Source: an uncultured Gemmatimonadales bacterium
Lineage (GTDB): Bacteria; Gemmatimonadota; Gemmatimonadetes; Longimicrobiales; RSA9
DNA length: 64,000 nt
Direction: 5' to 3'
Assembly (NCBI GenBank): GCA_963816355.1
Contig: CAWFKH010000006.1
Coordinates: 96,001 to 160,000 of the forward strand
Part shown: one piece after another, positions 25,216 to 35,493 of the stretch
Layout: every line of letters starts with the position of its first letter
How positions within the stretch are numbered: position 1 is the first letter of the stretch
Notes under the pieces: model-generated
Told to the model about the DNA's origin: nothing
Database searches by the model: none
What the model saw: the letters and a program-made list of their open reading frames with translations, nothing else
Program-made: the position numbers and the translations under genes

Positions 25216-26642
25216 GCCCCGCCGCCGCCGCGGCGCCGCGCGCGCGGGAGTGGCGGTCGCGCCTGCGCCGCGGCCGCCGCGCGCACCACACGCGTCCGCT
25301 GGGCGAGCGCCTCACCGACCTCTACATCCTGCTGTGGATCGTCGCGATCTACGGTGGCACGCTCGCGGTCACGCTGCGCCAGCACCTCGCCGCAACGGCC
25401 GGCGCGCCGCGCACGAACGCGGAGCGGTGGTGGCTCGGCGCGGCCGCGCTTCTCGGCGGTGGCGGGCTCGCCTGGAAGGGGCTGCGCTCGCTCGGCCCGC
25501 TCCTCGCCACGCCCGCCGAGCAGGCGTGGGGCGTCGCGACCCCGATCGAACGGCGCGCGTGGCTGCTGCCACGATTCGCGCTGCTCGTCGCGGCGAGCGC
25601 CGCGGCCGCGGGCGTGGCGGCTGGCGCGGTGGCGCTCGCGACGGTGACGGGCGGATCACCGGGGAGCGCGGTGCTCGCCGGTGCGGCGTGGGGCGCGCTT
25701 GCGGCGGCGGCCGCGGTCGTCGCGCAGCGGCCGCCGGGCGGCCGCTGGCCCGCGCTGCCGGGCGCGGCGCTGCTCGCCGCGGGTGCGGCGGCCGCGGCCG
25801 CCGTCGTCGTCGCGCACTACGGCGGCCGACTCCTGCCGACCCCGACCGCGGCGATCGGCCTCCCCACGGCGCTCGTGGGCGCGCCGCTCGCCGCGGCCGC
25901 GCTCGCGCTCGCGTCGCGCGCGCTGCCGGCTCTGGACATCGCCGCGCTGAGCGCCGGCGCGCAGCTCGCGACGGTCGCGATGACGGCGACGATCTGGGTC
26001 GACCCCGCGCTGCTGTCGCGCTTCCTGGAGGTGCGGCGGTGGCGTCGCGTGGCGCGGGTCCGAGCGCGTCCGCTGACGTCGTGGCCGGGTGGGCGTGTCC
26101 CGGCGCTGCTGTGGGTGGAGCTGCGACGCGTGGCGCGGCGGCCGTCGGCGATCGCGGTGTGGGGCGCGCTCGCGCTCGCGCAGTACGCAGTGGCGGTCGT
26201 CGCCCCGTCGGCAGCGGGCGTCACGCGGGTGATCGGCGCCTACCTCGCCGCCGGCCGCTTCGCCGGGGGGCTGCGCGTGGTCGCGCGCTCGCAGGGCCTG
26301 CGGCGCGCGCTCGGCGGCGACGAGTGGACGCTGCGGCTCTCCCACGTCGTCCTGCCCGCGCTCGCGGCGCTGCTCTGGTGGGCGGTCACGGCGCCCGCGG
26401 CCGCGGCGCTGGCCGGCGCGGCCGGCGCGGGCGGTGCGGCGGCCGGCGCCGGTGCGCTGTTGCTGCCGCTCGGCGCGGTCGCCGCCGCCTACCGCGCCGC
26501 CACCCGCGGTCCGATCTCCTACGGCAGCGCGGTGTTCGAGACGCCGTTCGGCCTCTTCCCCGTGGAACTCGTGATCTCCCTCGCGCGCGGCCCGGACCTG
26601 CTCGCGGCCGTGCTCCTGCTGCAGGTGCTCCTGACGCGCTGA
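25212..26642 (+). CDS. Multi-pass membrane protein, likely ABC permease partner (DUF6297-like)
   Basis: GTGA overlap with the ATPase stop; many TM segments; GPLLATPAE..W..TPIERR and TPFG..RGPD motifs. Confidence 0.75.
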   Translation: MSPAAAAAPRAREWRSRLRRGRRAHHTRPLGERLTDLYILLWIVAIYGGTLAVTLRQHLAATAGAPRTNAERWWLGAAALLGGGGLAWKGLRSLGPLLATPAEQAWGVATPIERRAWLLPRFALLVAASAAAAGVAAGAVALATVTGGSPGSAVLAGAAWGALAAAAAVVAQRPPGGRWPALPGAALLAAGAAAAAAVVVAHYGGRLLPTPTAAIGLPTALVGAPLAAAALALASRALPALDIAALSAGAQLATVAMTATIWVDPALLSRFLEVRRWRRVARVRARPLTSWPGGRVPALLWVELRRVARRPSAIAVWGALALAQYAVAVVAPSAAGVTRVIGAYLAAGRFAGGLRVVARSQGLRRALGGDEWTLRLSHVVLPALAALLWWAVTAPAAAALAGAAGAGGAAAGAGALLLPLGAVAAAYRAATRGPISYGSAVFETPFGLFPVELVISLARGPDLLAAVLLLQVLLTR

Positions 26643-26655
26643 GGCGGCGTGCGGC

Positions 26656-27105
26656 TCAGGACGGGCGCTGTGCGTGCGGCTCTTCTTCCTCGATCCGCCA
26701 GGCGGGATTCCACGCCACCTCCCACAGGTGGCCGTCCGGGTCCTGGAAGTAGCCGGCGTAGCCGCCCCAGAAGGTCGGCGCCGCCGGCTTCGTGATCCTG
26801 GCGCCGGCGCGCTCGGCGTCCCTCATCGTCGCGTCGACCTCCTTCCGGCTCGCCACGTTGTGCGCCAGCGCGAACTCTGAAGGGCTCGACGACGTGACGC
26901 CGACGCCCGCGTCCCGGGCCAGGTCGTCGCGCGCGAACAGCGCGAGCTGGACTCCGTGCTGCAGCGGGAAGAATGCGACGGCGCCGTGCTCGTACTCCGT
27001 GCCCACGACCCCCTTCGTCGCCAGGCCGAGGCCATCTCGGTAGAAGGCGACGGCGGCTTCGAGATCGTCGACGCCCAGCGTGATCACCGTGATGCGCGGC
27101 TTCAT
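26656..27105 (-). CDS. VOC/glyoxalase family protein
   Basis: MKPRITVITLGV..FYRDGLG..LAHNV..FWGGYAGYFQDPDGHLWEVAWNP. Confidence 0.93.
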   Translation of the reverse strand: MKPRITVITLGVDDLEAAVAFYRDGLGLATKGVVGTEYEHGAVAFFPLQHGVQLALFARDDLARDAGVGVTSSSPSEFALAHNVASRKEVDATMRDAERAGARITKPAAPTFWGGYAGYFQDPDGHLWEVAWNPAWRIEEEEPHAQRPS

Positions 27106-27391
27106 CGGTACGTGGCGCCCGCCGGCGCGGACCGTGCCACTCTCATCGGACGCCCTCCCGTTCGGTGCTCGGCCCGCGCTCGCGCGAAGGTCGCATCCTC
27201 GACTCCACGACACCCGCATCTGCGCACCGCCGGGCGGCCGCGTCAAGGATGCCCGGAACGGCCGCTACACGATGCGCGATCGCCGAGCGAGAGGGAGATC
27301 GCTCGCGCCGTACCGTCCGCGCGGGCGGCGCGATATTCGCAACCCTCGGCGGGCCGGGACCACGAACAGACGATCCGGAAGAGAGGGCACG

Positions 27392-28087
27392 ATGAAGATC
27401 GGCATCATCGGAGCGGGGAACATCGGGGGCACGCTGACGCGGCGGCTCACCGAGCTGGGACACGACGTCGCGGTCGCCAACTCGAGGGCTCCGGACACGC
27501 TGAGCGATCTGGCGGAGGAGACCGGCGCGACGCCGGTGTGGGCGCGCGACGCCGCACGCGCCGGCCGCGTCGTCGTCATCACGATCCCGGAGGCGGCGGT
27601 GCGCGAGCTGCCGGACGACCTCTTCGACGGCGTTGCGGACGACGTCGTCGTCGTGGACACCGGCAACTACTACCCCCGCGAGCGCGACGGCCGCATCGAG
27701 GCGATCGAGGAGGGGACGCCCGAGAGCCGCTGGGTCTCCGAGCAGATCGGACACGACGTCGTGAAGGCGTTCAACAACATCCGCGCGGGTCACCTCATGG
27801 AGATGGGCAGGCCGCTGGGAGACCCCGACCGCATCGCGCTGCCGGTCGCCGGCGACGACGAGGCGGACAAGGCGGTCGTCATGGGTCTGGTCGACGAGCT
27901 CGGCTTCGATCCGGTCGATGCCGGCGGCCTGGACGAGTCGTGGCGCCAGCAGCCGGGCACGCCCGTCTACACCGCGGACCGCGACGCGGAAGGCGTGCGA
28001 CGCGGCCTCGCCCAGGCCTCCCCCGAGCGCAAGCCGGCCTTCACCGGCACCGCCGACAGTCCCGGCGGCTCGGACGACCGCGGCTGA
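27392..28087 (+). CDS. NADPH-dependent F420 reductase-like dinucleotide-binding oxidoreductase
   Basis: IIGAGNIG, ANSR, DTGNYYP, VKAFNNI, WRQQPGTPVY. Confidence 0.9.
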   Translation: MKIGIIGAGNIGGTLTRRLTELGHDVAVANSRAPDTLSDLAEETGATPVWARDAARAGRVVVITIPEAAVRELPDDLFDGVADDVVVVDTGNYYPRERDGRIEAIEEGTPESRWVSEQIGHDVVKAFNNIRAGHLMEMGRPLGDPDRIALPVAGDDEADKAVVMGLVDELGFDPVDAGGLDESWRQQPGTPVYTADRDAEGVRRGLAQASPERKPAFTGTADSPGGSDDRG

Positions 28088-28304
28088 ACGGCGGCGGCGG
28101 GCGGGCGGGTCGGAGCCGCCGCGGCCCGGAGCCGCACCGGCCCGACTCGGCCGCCCGCCGCCGCCGCCCTCCGCGCGCCGCCCTCCGCGCGCCGCCCTCC
28201 GCGCGCCGCCCTCCGCGCGCCGCCCTGGCTCGCCGCCCTGGCTCGACGCCTCTCGCGCGCGCATCTTCAACCGCTCCGAGCCCGCTCACGCGCCGCGCCA
28301 TGCG

Positions 28305-29426
28305 ATGATCCCCGACCCGCCCCGTTCCGACCCGCTCCCCGCGGAGCCGGCCCCGGCCGGAGCGGCCGCCACCGACGCGGTGGTCCGGCTGCCGCGCGGC
28401 GCGCGCGTCTGCATCGTGCTGTTGACCGGCGTCGGCGACGTCGTCCACGGCATGCCGATCGCCGTCGCGCTGAAGCGCCACGACCCGACCGCTCACGTGA
28501 CGTGGGTCGTGGAGCCGCCGGCGGCCGGGCTGCTCGCGCCGCACCCCGCCGTCGACGACGTCGCCGTCTTCCACCGCGCGCACGGCCTGCGCGGGCTGCG
28601 CCGCCTCGCGCGCGACATGCGCGGCCGCCGCTTCGACATCGCGTTGAACTTCAACGTCTACTCGAAGAGCGTCTTTCCGGTGCTGCTCTCGCGCGCGCCG
28701 CTGCGGCTGGGGATCGACCGGCGCCGCACGCGGGAGGGCGTGTGGCTGGCGTCGAACCGCCACCTGCCGCCGCGGCCGCACGGCAACACGCAGGACCTCT
28801 TCCTCGAGTTCGCCCCGGCGCTCGGCCTCGCCGCGGAGCCGGTCGAGTGGCGCCTCGAACCGACGCCCACAGAGCGAGAGCGCGCCGCGGCGCTGCGTGC
28901 CGGGACCGGCGGCCGCCCGCTCGCGGCCGTCGTGCCGGCGTCGAAGATCCCGACCAAGGACTGGGCCGTCGAGCAATGGGTGCCGGTGGTCGACGCCCTC
29001 GAGCGCGACTTCGGCTACCGCGTCGCGCTCGTCGGCGGGCCGGGCGCGCGCGAGGTGGAAGCGGCGCGGCGCATCACGGAGGCGGCGGCGTCGCCCCCGA
29101 TCTGGGGCCTGGCCGACGGCATCCGCGAAGTGCTGTGGCGCCTCTCCGCCGCCGACCTCGTGCTGGCGCCGGACACCGGGCCGCTGCATATGGCCCACGC
29201 CATGGACGTCCCCGTGATCGGCATCTACGGCTACACGAACCCCGCGCGCGTGGGGCCGTGGCGCCGCTACCGCGACCTCGTCGCGGACGGCTTCCACCTG
29301 CGCGGCGAGGCGCACGACGCGGTGGTCGCGGAGACGCGGCCCGGCGGTATGGAGCGGGTGAGCGTGGACATGGTGGTCGAGCGCGTCGCGCGCGCGACCG
29401 AGCGCTACGTGCGGCCGCGTTCGTAG
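28305..29426 (+). CDS. Glycosyltransferase family 9 (LPS heptosyltransferase-like)
   Basis: GVGDVVHGMP, TWVVE, KDW, DTGPLHMAHA, GIYGYTNP. Confidence 0.92.
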   Translation: MIPDPPRSDPLPAEPAPAGAAATDAVVRLPRGARVCIVLLTGVGDVVHGMPIAVALKRHDPTAHVTWVVEPPAAGLLAPHPAVDDVAVFHRAHGLRGLRRLARDMRGRRFDIALNFNVYSKSVFPVLLSRAPLRLGIDRRRTREGVWLASNRHLPPRPHGNTQDLFLEFAPALGLAAEPVEWRLEPTPTERERAAALRAGTGGRPLAAVVPASKIPTKDWAVEQWVPVVDALERDFGYRVALVGGPGAREVEAARRITEAAASPPIWGLADGIREVLWRLSAADLVLAPDTGPLHMAHAMDVPVIGIYGYTNPARVGPWRRYRDLVADGFHLRGEAHDAVVAETRPGGMERVSVDMVVERVARATERYVRPRS

Positions 29427-29507
29427 CTCTGCGGGGCGCGGAGCGCGACTATCGCGGGCCCGCACGCTCCTCGCCCTCGGCGAAGGCGGCTCGCGTCCGC
29501 CTCCGCC

Positions 29508-31043
29508 TCAGCTCGCGATGTGGACGGTGATGTCCCGCCACTTTCCCTGCCGGAACCGCAGCACGCTGAGAATGCAGCGCACGACGTGGCCGAGCAGGAT
29601 CGCGATCCAGATGTCGATCGCGTGCAGCGCGCCCATTCGCTGCAGCGTCCAGCAGATGCCGAGCGGCACGACGAGTTGCGACACGAGCGAGATGTAGAGC
29701 GGGCTCTTCGTGTCGCCCGTGCCCTGCAGCCCGCCGGTGTAGGTGAGCGCGACGGCGATGAAGAATCCCGACAGGCTGAGCACGTGCAGCAGTTGCACGC
29801 CCAAGTGAACGACGACCGGCTCCTGCATGCCGAACACCGCGAGCAGCGCGCGCGGCGCGAGCAGGAAGAGCGCGCCGACGACGGCAGCGGCCGCGATGCC
29901 GATGCGCGCCGCCACGTGCACCGCGGCCTCGGCGCGCTCCGGTTGGCGCGCGCCCAGGTTCTGTCCCGCGACGGCGGCGGCGGCGCCCATCAGGCCGACC
30001 GACGTCCACGTCACGAACGAGAAGAGCTGCGTGTAGGAGACGGCGTACGCGGCCTGTGCGGCGGCGCTTTCGGCGAGCGAGCCGACGAAGGCGAGCAGCA
30101 GCACGCCGCCGACGTTCATCGCCACGCCCTGGATGCCGGTGGGCAGCCCGAAGCGCAGGATCTCGCGGATGATCGCCGGGTCCGGCCCGCGCCGCCCGTC
30201 GCGCGGAAAGCGCACCACCCAGCCGCCGTGCGTGAGGCGGTAGAGCGCGTAGACCGCGACGAGGCTCGCCGAGATCACCGTCCCCATCGCCGCGCCCGCG
30301 GTGCCGTATGCCGGGATCGGGCCGAGGCCGCGGATCAGGATCACGTTCAGCACAATGTTGAGCGCGGTGACCGCGACGCCGAGACGCAGTGGCGTGCGCG
30401 CGTCGCCCGCGGAGCGCAGCGCGCCGCCCAGCATGAAGAAGATGAGCGAGCCGACGCTGAAGACGAACATGATGCGCAGATACGGCAGCGCCTGCACCTG
30501 CACGGCCGGCGCGGCGTTGATCAGGTCGAGCAGCTTCGGCGCGAGCACGTAGCCAAGCGGCGCGAGCACGCCCACGCCCAGGACCAGCGACGTCAGGAAC
30601 GCCTGGTACACCGTGCGGTCCACCTTGTCGTGGTCTTCCGCCCCCGCGAAGCGCGCCACCAGCACGCTCATCCCCGTGAACAGCGACGACATGAACACGA
30701 CCACCACGAGGAAGATCTGCCAGCTCACGCCGATCGCGGCGTTCCCCGTGTAACCGACGTAGTGCCCCACCATCACGTGGTCGACGATTCCCTGCATGCC
30801 GCCGATCACGTTCTGCAGCATCGTCGGCCAGGCCAGCCGCCACACCGCCGGCGTCAGCGGCCCCTCGACGATCGAGCGGTCGTAGCGACGCGCAGCCGGT
30901 TGCGCCGCCGGGATCAGCGGCTCCGCGCCCGCGGCGGCATCGCCGGCCGCGGCGGACGACGTCGCCGGCGCGGCCGGCGCGGCCGGCGCACGGCGCGACG
31001 CGCCCGCGGCGGCCGGTCCCCGAGGGGTAGAGCGATCGGTCAT
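29508..31043 (-). CDS. MATE family efflux transporter
   Basis: LAWPTMLQ, VDHVMVG, LRSAGDARTP, GQNLGA, GTGDTKSP; about 12 TM helices. Confidence 0.93.
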   Translation of the reverse strand: MTDRSTPRGPAAAGASRRAPAAPAAPATSSAAAGDAAAGAEPLIPAAQPAARRYDRSIVEGPLTPAVWRLAWPTMLQNVIGGMQGIVDHVMVGHYVGYTGNAAIGVSWQIFLVVVVFMSSLFTGMSVLVARFAGAEDHDKVDRTVYQAFLTSLVLGVGVLAPLGYVLAPKLLDLINAAPAVQVQALPYLRIMFVFSVGSLIFFMLGGALRSAGDARTPLRLGVAVTALNIVLNVILIRGLGPIPAYGTAGAAMGTVISASLVAVYALYRLTHGGWVVRFPRDGRRGPDPAIIREILRFGLPTGIQGVAMNVGGVLLLAFVGSLAESAAAQAAYAVSYTQLFSFVTWTSVGLMGAAAAVAGQNLGARQPERAEAAVHVAARIGIAAAAVVGALFLLAPRALLAVFGMQEPVVVHLGVQLLHVLSLSGFFIAVALTYTGGLQGTGDTKSPLYISLVSQLVVPLGICWTLQRMGALHAIDIWIAILLGHVVRCILSVLRFRQGKWRDITVHIAS

Positions 31044-31253
31044 CGTCCAGGTGAGCGGTCGGTAATGAGGGTCGGGAGCGTCGGTCGTGAAGAGCGGAGG
31101 AGCCGTCACTCAGCGCGCGGTCGTCCGGGTGTCAGCGGTCGCGCATCGGCCTCAGGACGATCCCTCGTGGACAGGACGACGATCTGCCCACGTTCGGCCC
31201 GGTTCAAGGTACCTCCGGAACGGCAAAACGGAACCCCCGTGCGCCGCGCGGAC

Positions 31254-31293
31254 GAAAAAAGAGACCGGCCCGACTCGCGTCGGACCGGTCTCT
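31254..31293 (-). terminator. Intrinsic terminator downstream of csp
   Basis: Minus strand GAGACCGGTCCGAC-GCGA-GTCGGGCCGGTCTC-TTTTTT. Confidence 0.88.
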
Positions 31294-31330
31294 CCACTTG
31301 CGGTACGCGGGCGAGCCCGCGCGTCCGGAT

Positions 31331-31540
31331 TCAGCCGAGACGGACGACGTTCTCCGCCGCCGGGCCCTTCTGGCCCTGCACGACGTCGAACTCGACACGC
31401 TCACCCTCGGCGAGGGTGCGGAAGCCGCTGCCCTGGATCGCCGAGTGATGGACGAAGCAGTCCTTCTCCCCGCTCTCCGGCGTAATGAAGCCGAAGCCCT
31501 TCTGGTCGTTGAACCACTTCACCGTTCCGGTGGTACGCAT
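31331..31540 (-). CDS. Cold-shock protein (CspA family), 69 aa
   Basis: [15 protein letters not shown] (RNP1), CFVHHSAI (RNP2); GGAGG RBS. Confidence 0.96.
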   Translation of the reverse strand: MRTTGTVKWFNDQKGFGFITPESGEKDCFVHHSAIQGSGFRTLAEGERVEFDVVQGQKGPAAENVVRLG

Positions 31541-31646
31541 ACCATTCCTCCAAATGAACTTGAACCAATGTCGAGGTGCGGTATCTCCGTACCAACGGAA
31601 CATCGATCTCGCGTGGGAGACGCGCCCCACGCCACGCTCGCGGGCA

Positions 31647-31685
31647 ACAAAAAAGGACCGAGACGGCTGCGTCCAGGTCCTTTGG
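31647..31685 (-). terminator. Terminator-like hairpin with a U-tract inside the csp 5' leader (possible attenuator)
   Basis: Minus strand AAAGGACC...GGTCCTTTTTTGTT between the promoter and the start codon. Confidence 0.55.
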
Positions 31686-31732
31686 GTAACTCTGGCCCGG
31701 AACTTCCGGGTTTGCGCTCGCGATATCTGCAT

Positions 31733-31761
31733 AGTCTAGTGGCACCTCGGCCGCCTGTCAA
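31733..31761 (-). promoter_or_regulatory. sigma70 promoter of csp
   Basis: Minus strand TTGACA-N17-TAGACT; implies a ~185-nt 5' UTR. Confidence 0.85.
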
Positions 31762-32025
31762 GGGTTTTCCCTCCGCCGCCATTCCGTTTCCCACCGGTGA
31801 TGTCGGCGGCCGAGGCCGTGTCGCCCACCGACGCGGCAGGAGCAGCGCCGGGTTTCACCCGGAGGACGCGAGGGGGAGGACGCCCGAGGAAGCGCCCTCC
31901 GCGTATGACTCATTCCGGCGAGGCAGCCACGCCGCGGGCCATCGGAAGCGCGCGCCGTCGGCCACCGCCGCCTCCGCGCCCTCCGCGCGACACGGCGAAC
32001 CACGAGAGCCCGGACCGGCGGCCCG

Positions 32026-32206
32026 GCGAGAAGAATCTCGTAATCGACGCCCATCCGATCGTCGTCATCCGGCTATTGCTCGGAAACCGGGAAGAATCTC
32101 GTAATGGTCGAGCGCTCACCGGATCTCTCTCGAGATCTTGCTCGCTTTCCGAGACAAATCCGGATGACGATCTCGGAGCGGACGTCCATTACGAGAAATT
32201 GCTCGC
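32026..32206. repeat. 76-bp imperfect inverted repeat (long hairpin) with a 29-nt loop
   Basis: Left arm 32026-32101 aligns to the reverse complement of 32131-32206; GAAGAATCTCGTAAT recurs at 61-nt spacing. Confidence 0.85.
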
Positions 32207-32280
32207 TCTGCAGGGGGATGCTACGCACCGGCGCCATGCGCAGCGCTCCCACGCCCCCGCGATCTGCCGCTCTCCGCCAC

Positions 32281-32410
32281 CGCCCTCGGAACCGCCCCCG
32301 CCCTCGGAACCGCCACGCCGTCGGAACCGCCACGCCCTCGGAACCGCCACGCCGTCGGAACCGCCACCGCCGTCGGAACTGCCACGCCGTCGGAACCGCC
32401 ACGCCCTCGG
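32281..32410. repeat. 17-18-bp tandem repeat CGCCSTCGGAACCGCCA, about 7 copies
   Basis: Seen directly. Confidence 0.9.
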
Positions 32411-32743
32411 CCATCATACCGCGCCCCTCCGCGCCTTCCGCGCCCTCCGCGCCGCAAACCTCCTCGGTGCGGGGAGGCCGCTCGACCCGCGCCCTCCGTT
32501 CGACGCTGACAGCGCCTGGATCACCGGCCGGCGTCGCGCCAGAGGAACGTCACGATCCGCGCCCGCTCCAGCCCCCCGCGCCCCCTCCGCGCCCGCTCAA
32601 GCCCCCCGCGCCCGCCCTCCGCGTGCGGCACCACGCCAGAGCGTGGCCGTACCCCGCGCCCGCCCCCCGCGCCCGCCCTCCGCGTCCGCACGCAAGGCGG
32701 ATCGCCACTGGAGGCGCGCGACGTCGTCGGCTACCTTGCGCGC

Positions 32744-33328
32744 ATGGACGAGCGATTGGAGCATCAGCTCCGTTTCGTGGCGGAGCTGGACCGGCTGAAG
32801 GCGGTGGTGCGGCGGACGTCGCTGCTGGACGGCTCGCGTCGGGAGAACAGCGCGGAGCACTCGTGGCACCTGGCGATGATGGCGCTGGCGCTGGCGGAGC
32901 ACGCGCCGGAGGGGATCGACCTGCTGCGCACGGTGTCCATGGTTCTGGTGCACGACGTCGTCGAGATCGACGCCGGCGACGTGTTCTGCTACGACGCCGA
33001 TGCGAGCGAGGGGAAGCAGGAGCGGGAGCGTCGCGCGGCGGAGCGCGTGTTCGGCCTGTTGCCCGGCGCGCAGGGCGAGCCGCTGCGCGAGCTGTGGGAG
33101 GAGTTCGAGGAGGGGCGCACGCCGGAGGCGCGCTTCGCGACGGCGCTGGACCGGCTCGAGCCGCTGCTGCAGAACTACCACAACGCCGGCGGCACGTGGC
33201 GGGAACACGGCATCACGCGCGCGCAGGTGCTCGGGCGCATGGAGCCGATCCGGTCGGCGGCACCGGCGCTGTGGCCGTTCGTGCTGCGCGTCCTCGACGA
33301 GATCGAGGCGGCGGGCGGCCTGGGCTGA
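32744..33328 (+). CDS. HD domain phosphohydrolase (HD_3/YfbR-like)
   Basis: LKAVVRR, ENSAEHSW, VHDVVEIDAGD, LWEEFE, DRLEP. Confidence 0.93.
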   Translation: MDERLEHQLRFVAELDRLKAVVRRTSLLDGSRRENSAEHSWHLAMMALALAEHAPEGIDLLRTVSMVLVHDVVEIDAGDVFCYDADASEGKQERERRAAERVFGLLPGAQGEPLRELWEEFEEGRTPEARFATALDRLEPLLQNYHNAGGTWREHGITRAQVLGRMEPIRSAAPALWPFVLRVLDEIEAAGGLG

Positions 33329-33343
33329 AGGCGTCGCCGTCGC

Positions 33344-33781
33344 TCAGTCGACGACGACGCTGCGGCGGAGCTCGATCTCCCTGTGGGACGGCTCCTCGCG
33401 ACCCCGAACCACGACCGTGTACTCGCCGGCCGCCGGGACTTCGACGCGGACGGAGTGCTGGAACCTTCGCAGCTCCAGGGTGCAGCCGACCGGGTCGCGG
33501 CGGAACCTGTCGTGCGGAACCACGGTCACCGTGGAACCGGAAATCGAGAACTGCGTGCCGCCGCCCGAATAGCAGCCATTGCCGTACGTGGAGATCGTCA
33601 CGTCGAGGGTCCGGCCGTCGACGACGACCGTGACATTAGGACCGAGACCGTCCACGAGCGCTCCCAGGACGATGTCTTCCGGAATCGACGGCGATGCGCA
33701 TCCTGCCCCGAGCGCCGCGGTCAGGACCGCCGCGCACCACGCTGGTGATCGCAGGGTACACCTCCTCTCTTGGATCATCAA
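33344..33781 (-). CDS. Hypothetical putative lipoprotein
   Basis: LGAGC lipobox-like motif; beta-rich body with a Cys pair (GNGC...GCT); start uncertain. Confidence 0.6.
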   Translation of the reverse strand: MMIQERRCTLRSPAWCAAVLTAALGAGCASPSIPEDIVLGALVDGLGPNVTVVVDGRTLDVTISTYGNGCYSGGGTQFSISGSTVTVVPHDRFRRDPVGCTLELRRFQHSVRVEVPAAGEYTVVVRGREEPSHREIELRRSVVVD

Positions 33782-33839
33782 CAGACGTTAGAGACCTTGT
33801 CCGTCACATCCGTGAGTCCTCGCTTCACGACATCCTCCA

Positions 33840-34007
33840 TCACCGCACCTCAGCTCTCGCTCCCGGCTCCGCCATGAAGGACTCGAACTCCTGCTGAATC
33901 GTCTCCTGGACCAGGCCGCGAAGCCTTTCTCTCAGCAGGTCCTCGGGCGGCTCCCCAGAGACTTGTTCCGCTCTCGCGCCGGCGCTACCCTCCTGTCGGA
34001 GGGGCAT
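33840..34007 (-). pseudogene. Truncated IS256-family-like transposase N-terminus
   Basis: AAGGAG RBS then MPLRQE...DLLRERLRGLVQETIQQEFESFM..* (55 aa, not in the ORF track); a terminus-like sequence (minus strand TTGTCCGCGGGAGTGTGCGAAAA) lies near 34156. Confidence 0.45.
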
Positions 34008-34164
34008 TGCCAATCTCCTTGGTTCTGCGGGCAGCTATCCGCGCTTGGACTTCGAGTTTCCCAGAAGATCTGGCGTGGCTCTTCGCCTTGCCAGAACCGC
34101 CGCCCACCCGAAGCTCAGGCGACACTACAGAGATTTTCGCACACTCCCGCGGACAATTAGTTTC

Positions 34165-35479
34165 GGCTCTTCCGGGTTTCCCATGGGTCGAGGTAGGATG
34201 AGTGCTTCCGAAAGGAGGCGTTCATGGACGATCGCGGGTTGTTACCAGCGCGGTGCTGGGGCTGAGGGAGCCGTGGGTAGTGGAGTCCGTAGAGTTGCGA
34301 CCTGAGCGGGAGGAAGTGCGGGTCGCGAGTCGGTGCGCGGGCCGGGGCGCGGCTGACCTGCCCGGAGTGCGGCCGCGAGAGCCCGGGCTATGATCTGGCG
34401 GAGGAGCGGCGGTGGCGACACCTGGATACGATGCAATACCGGACGATCCTCCACGCGCGAGTCCCTCGCGTGGAATGTGAAGCGCATGGGGTCCGCGCAG
34501 GTGGCCGTGCCCTGGGCGGAGCCGCGAGGCCGTTTCACGGCGCTGTTCGAGGCGTGGGCGATCCGGCTGCTGAGAGAATCGACGGTGGCGGGAGTGGCGG
34601 AGCTCCTGGGCCTCAGCTGGGATGAGGTGGCTCACATCCAGCGGCGGGCCGTGGATCGAGGGTTGGCGCGCCGTTCCCAGGAACCGGTTCGGGTCCTGGG
34701 GATCGACGAGACCAGCTTTCAGAAGCGGCACGAGTACGTGACGGTGGTCAATGACCTCGAGGGGGATCGGGTGCTCTGGGTGGGCGATCACCGGCGGGAG
34801 AGCACGCTTCGTGAATTCTGGGAGAGCCGGCCGGAGGAAGAGCTGCGTGGGCTTCGGGCCATCGTCATGGACATGTGGGATCCCTACATCGCCGCCACGC
34901 GCGACTGTGTGCCCCACGGCCTCTCGAAAATCGTCTTCGATCGGTATCACGTGGCGGCCCACCTGACAACGGCGGTGAGCGAGGTCCGCAAGGCCGAGCA
35001 GCGGGATCTTCGCCGAGCCGGGGAGGGGGCCCGTGCCGCCCAACTGAAAGGCAAACGCTTTGTCCTGGTGCGGGGCGCCGCCAAGCGCACGGCCGCCGAT
35101 GAGGCGGAACTCACCGCGTTGCGTCGCTCAGGCTTCAAGGTCGGGCGCGCCTGGGCCCTGAAGGAGGCGGCGCGGAGCCTCTGGGAGTGTGCTACAGCCG
35201 AGACTGCACTCCGCGCGTTCCAGCGGTGGTACCGCTGGGCCATGCGCTCACGGCTCGAGCCCATGAAGCGAGCCGCCCGCACCATGAAGCGCTACCTCTA
35301 CGGGATCCTACAGTACGCCCGACACCCGTTCACCAATGCCAGGACCGAGGGCATGAATTCCAAGATCCAGCTCATCAAGCACCGCGCTCGAGGCTACCGC
35401 AACCGCGACAACTTCCGGATCGCCATCCTCTTTCACTGCGGCGGCTTGAACATGGACCCACGCTAAATCCGGAAGAGCC
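34165..35479 (+). mobile_element. ISL3 family insertion sequence, 1315 bp, with an 8-bp target-site duplication TTAGTTTC
   Basis: Terminal IRs GGCTCTTCCGGGTTT and AAATCCGGAAGAGCC; TTAGTTTC at 34157-34164 and 35480-35487. Confidence 0.95.
34224..35466 (+). pseudogene. ISL3 transposase split by three frameshifts in its 5' part
   Basis: AGGAGG then ATG at 34224. Pieces LGLREPW / TCPECG..WRHLD..PRVEC..HGV / VPWA..GIDE..MDMW..FDRYHV..EGMNSKIQ..ARGYRN lie in different frames. Confidence 0.9.
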
Positions 35480-35493
35480 TTAGTTTCTAATCC

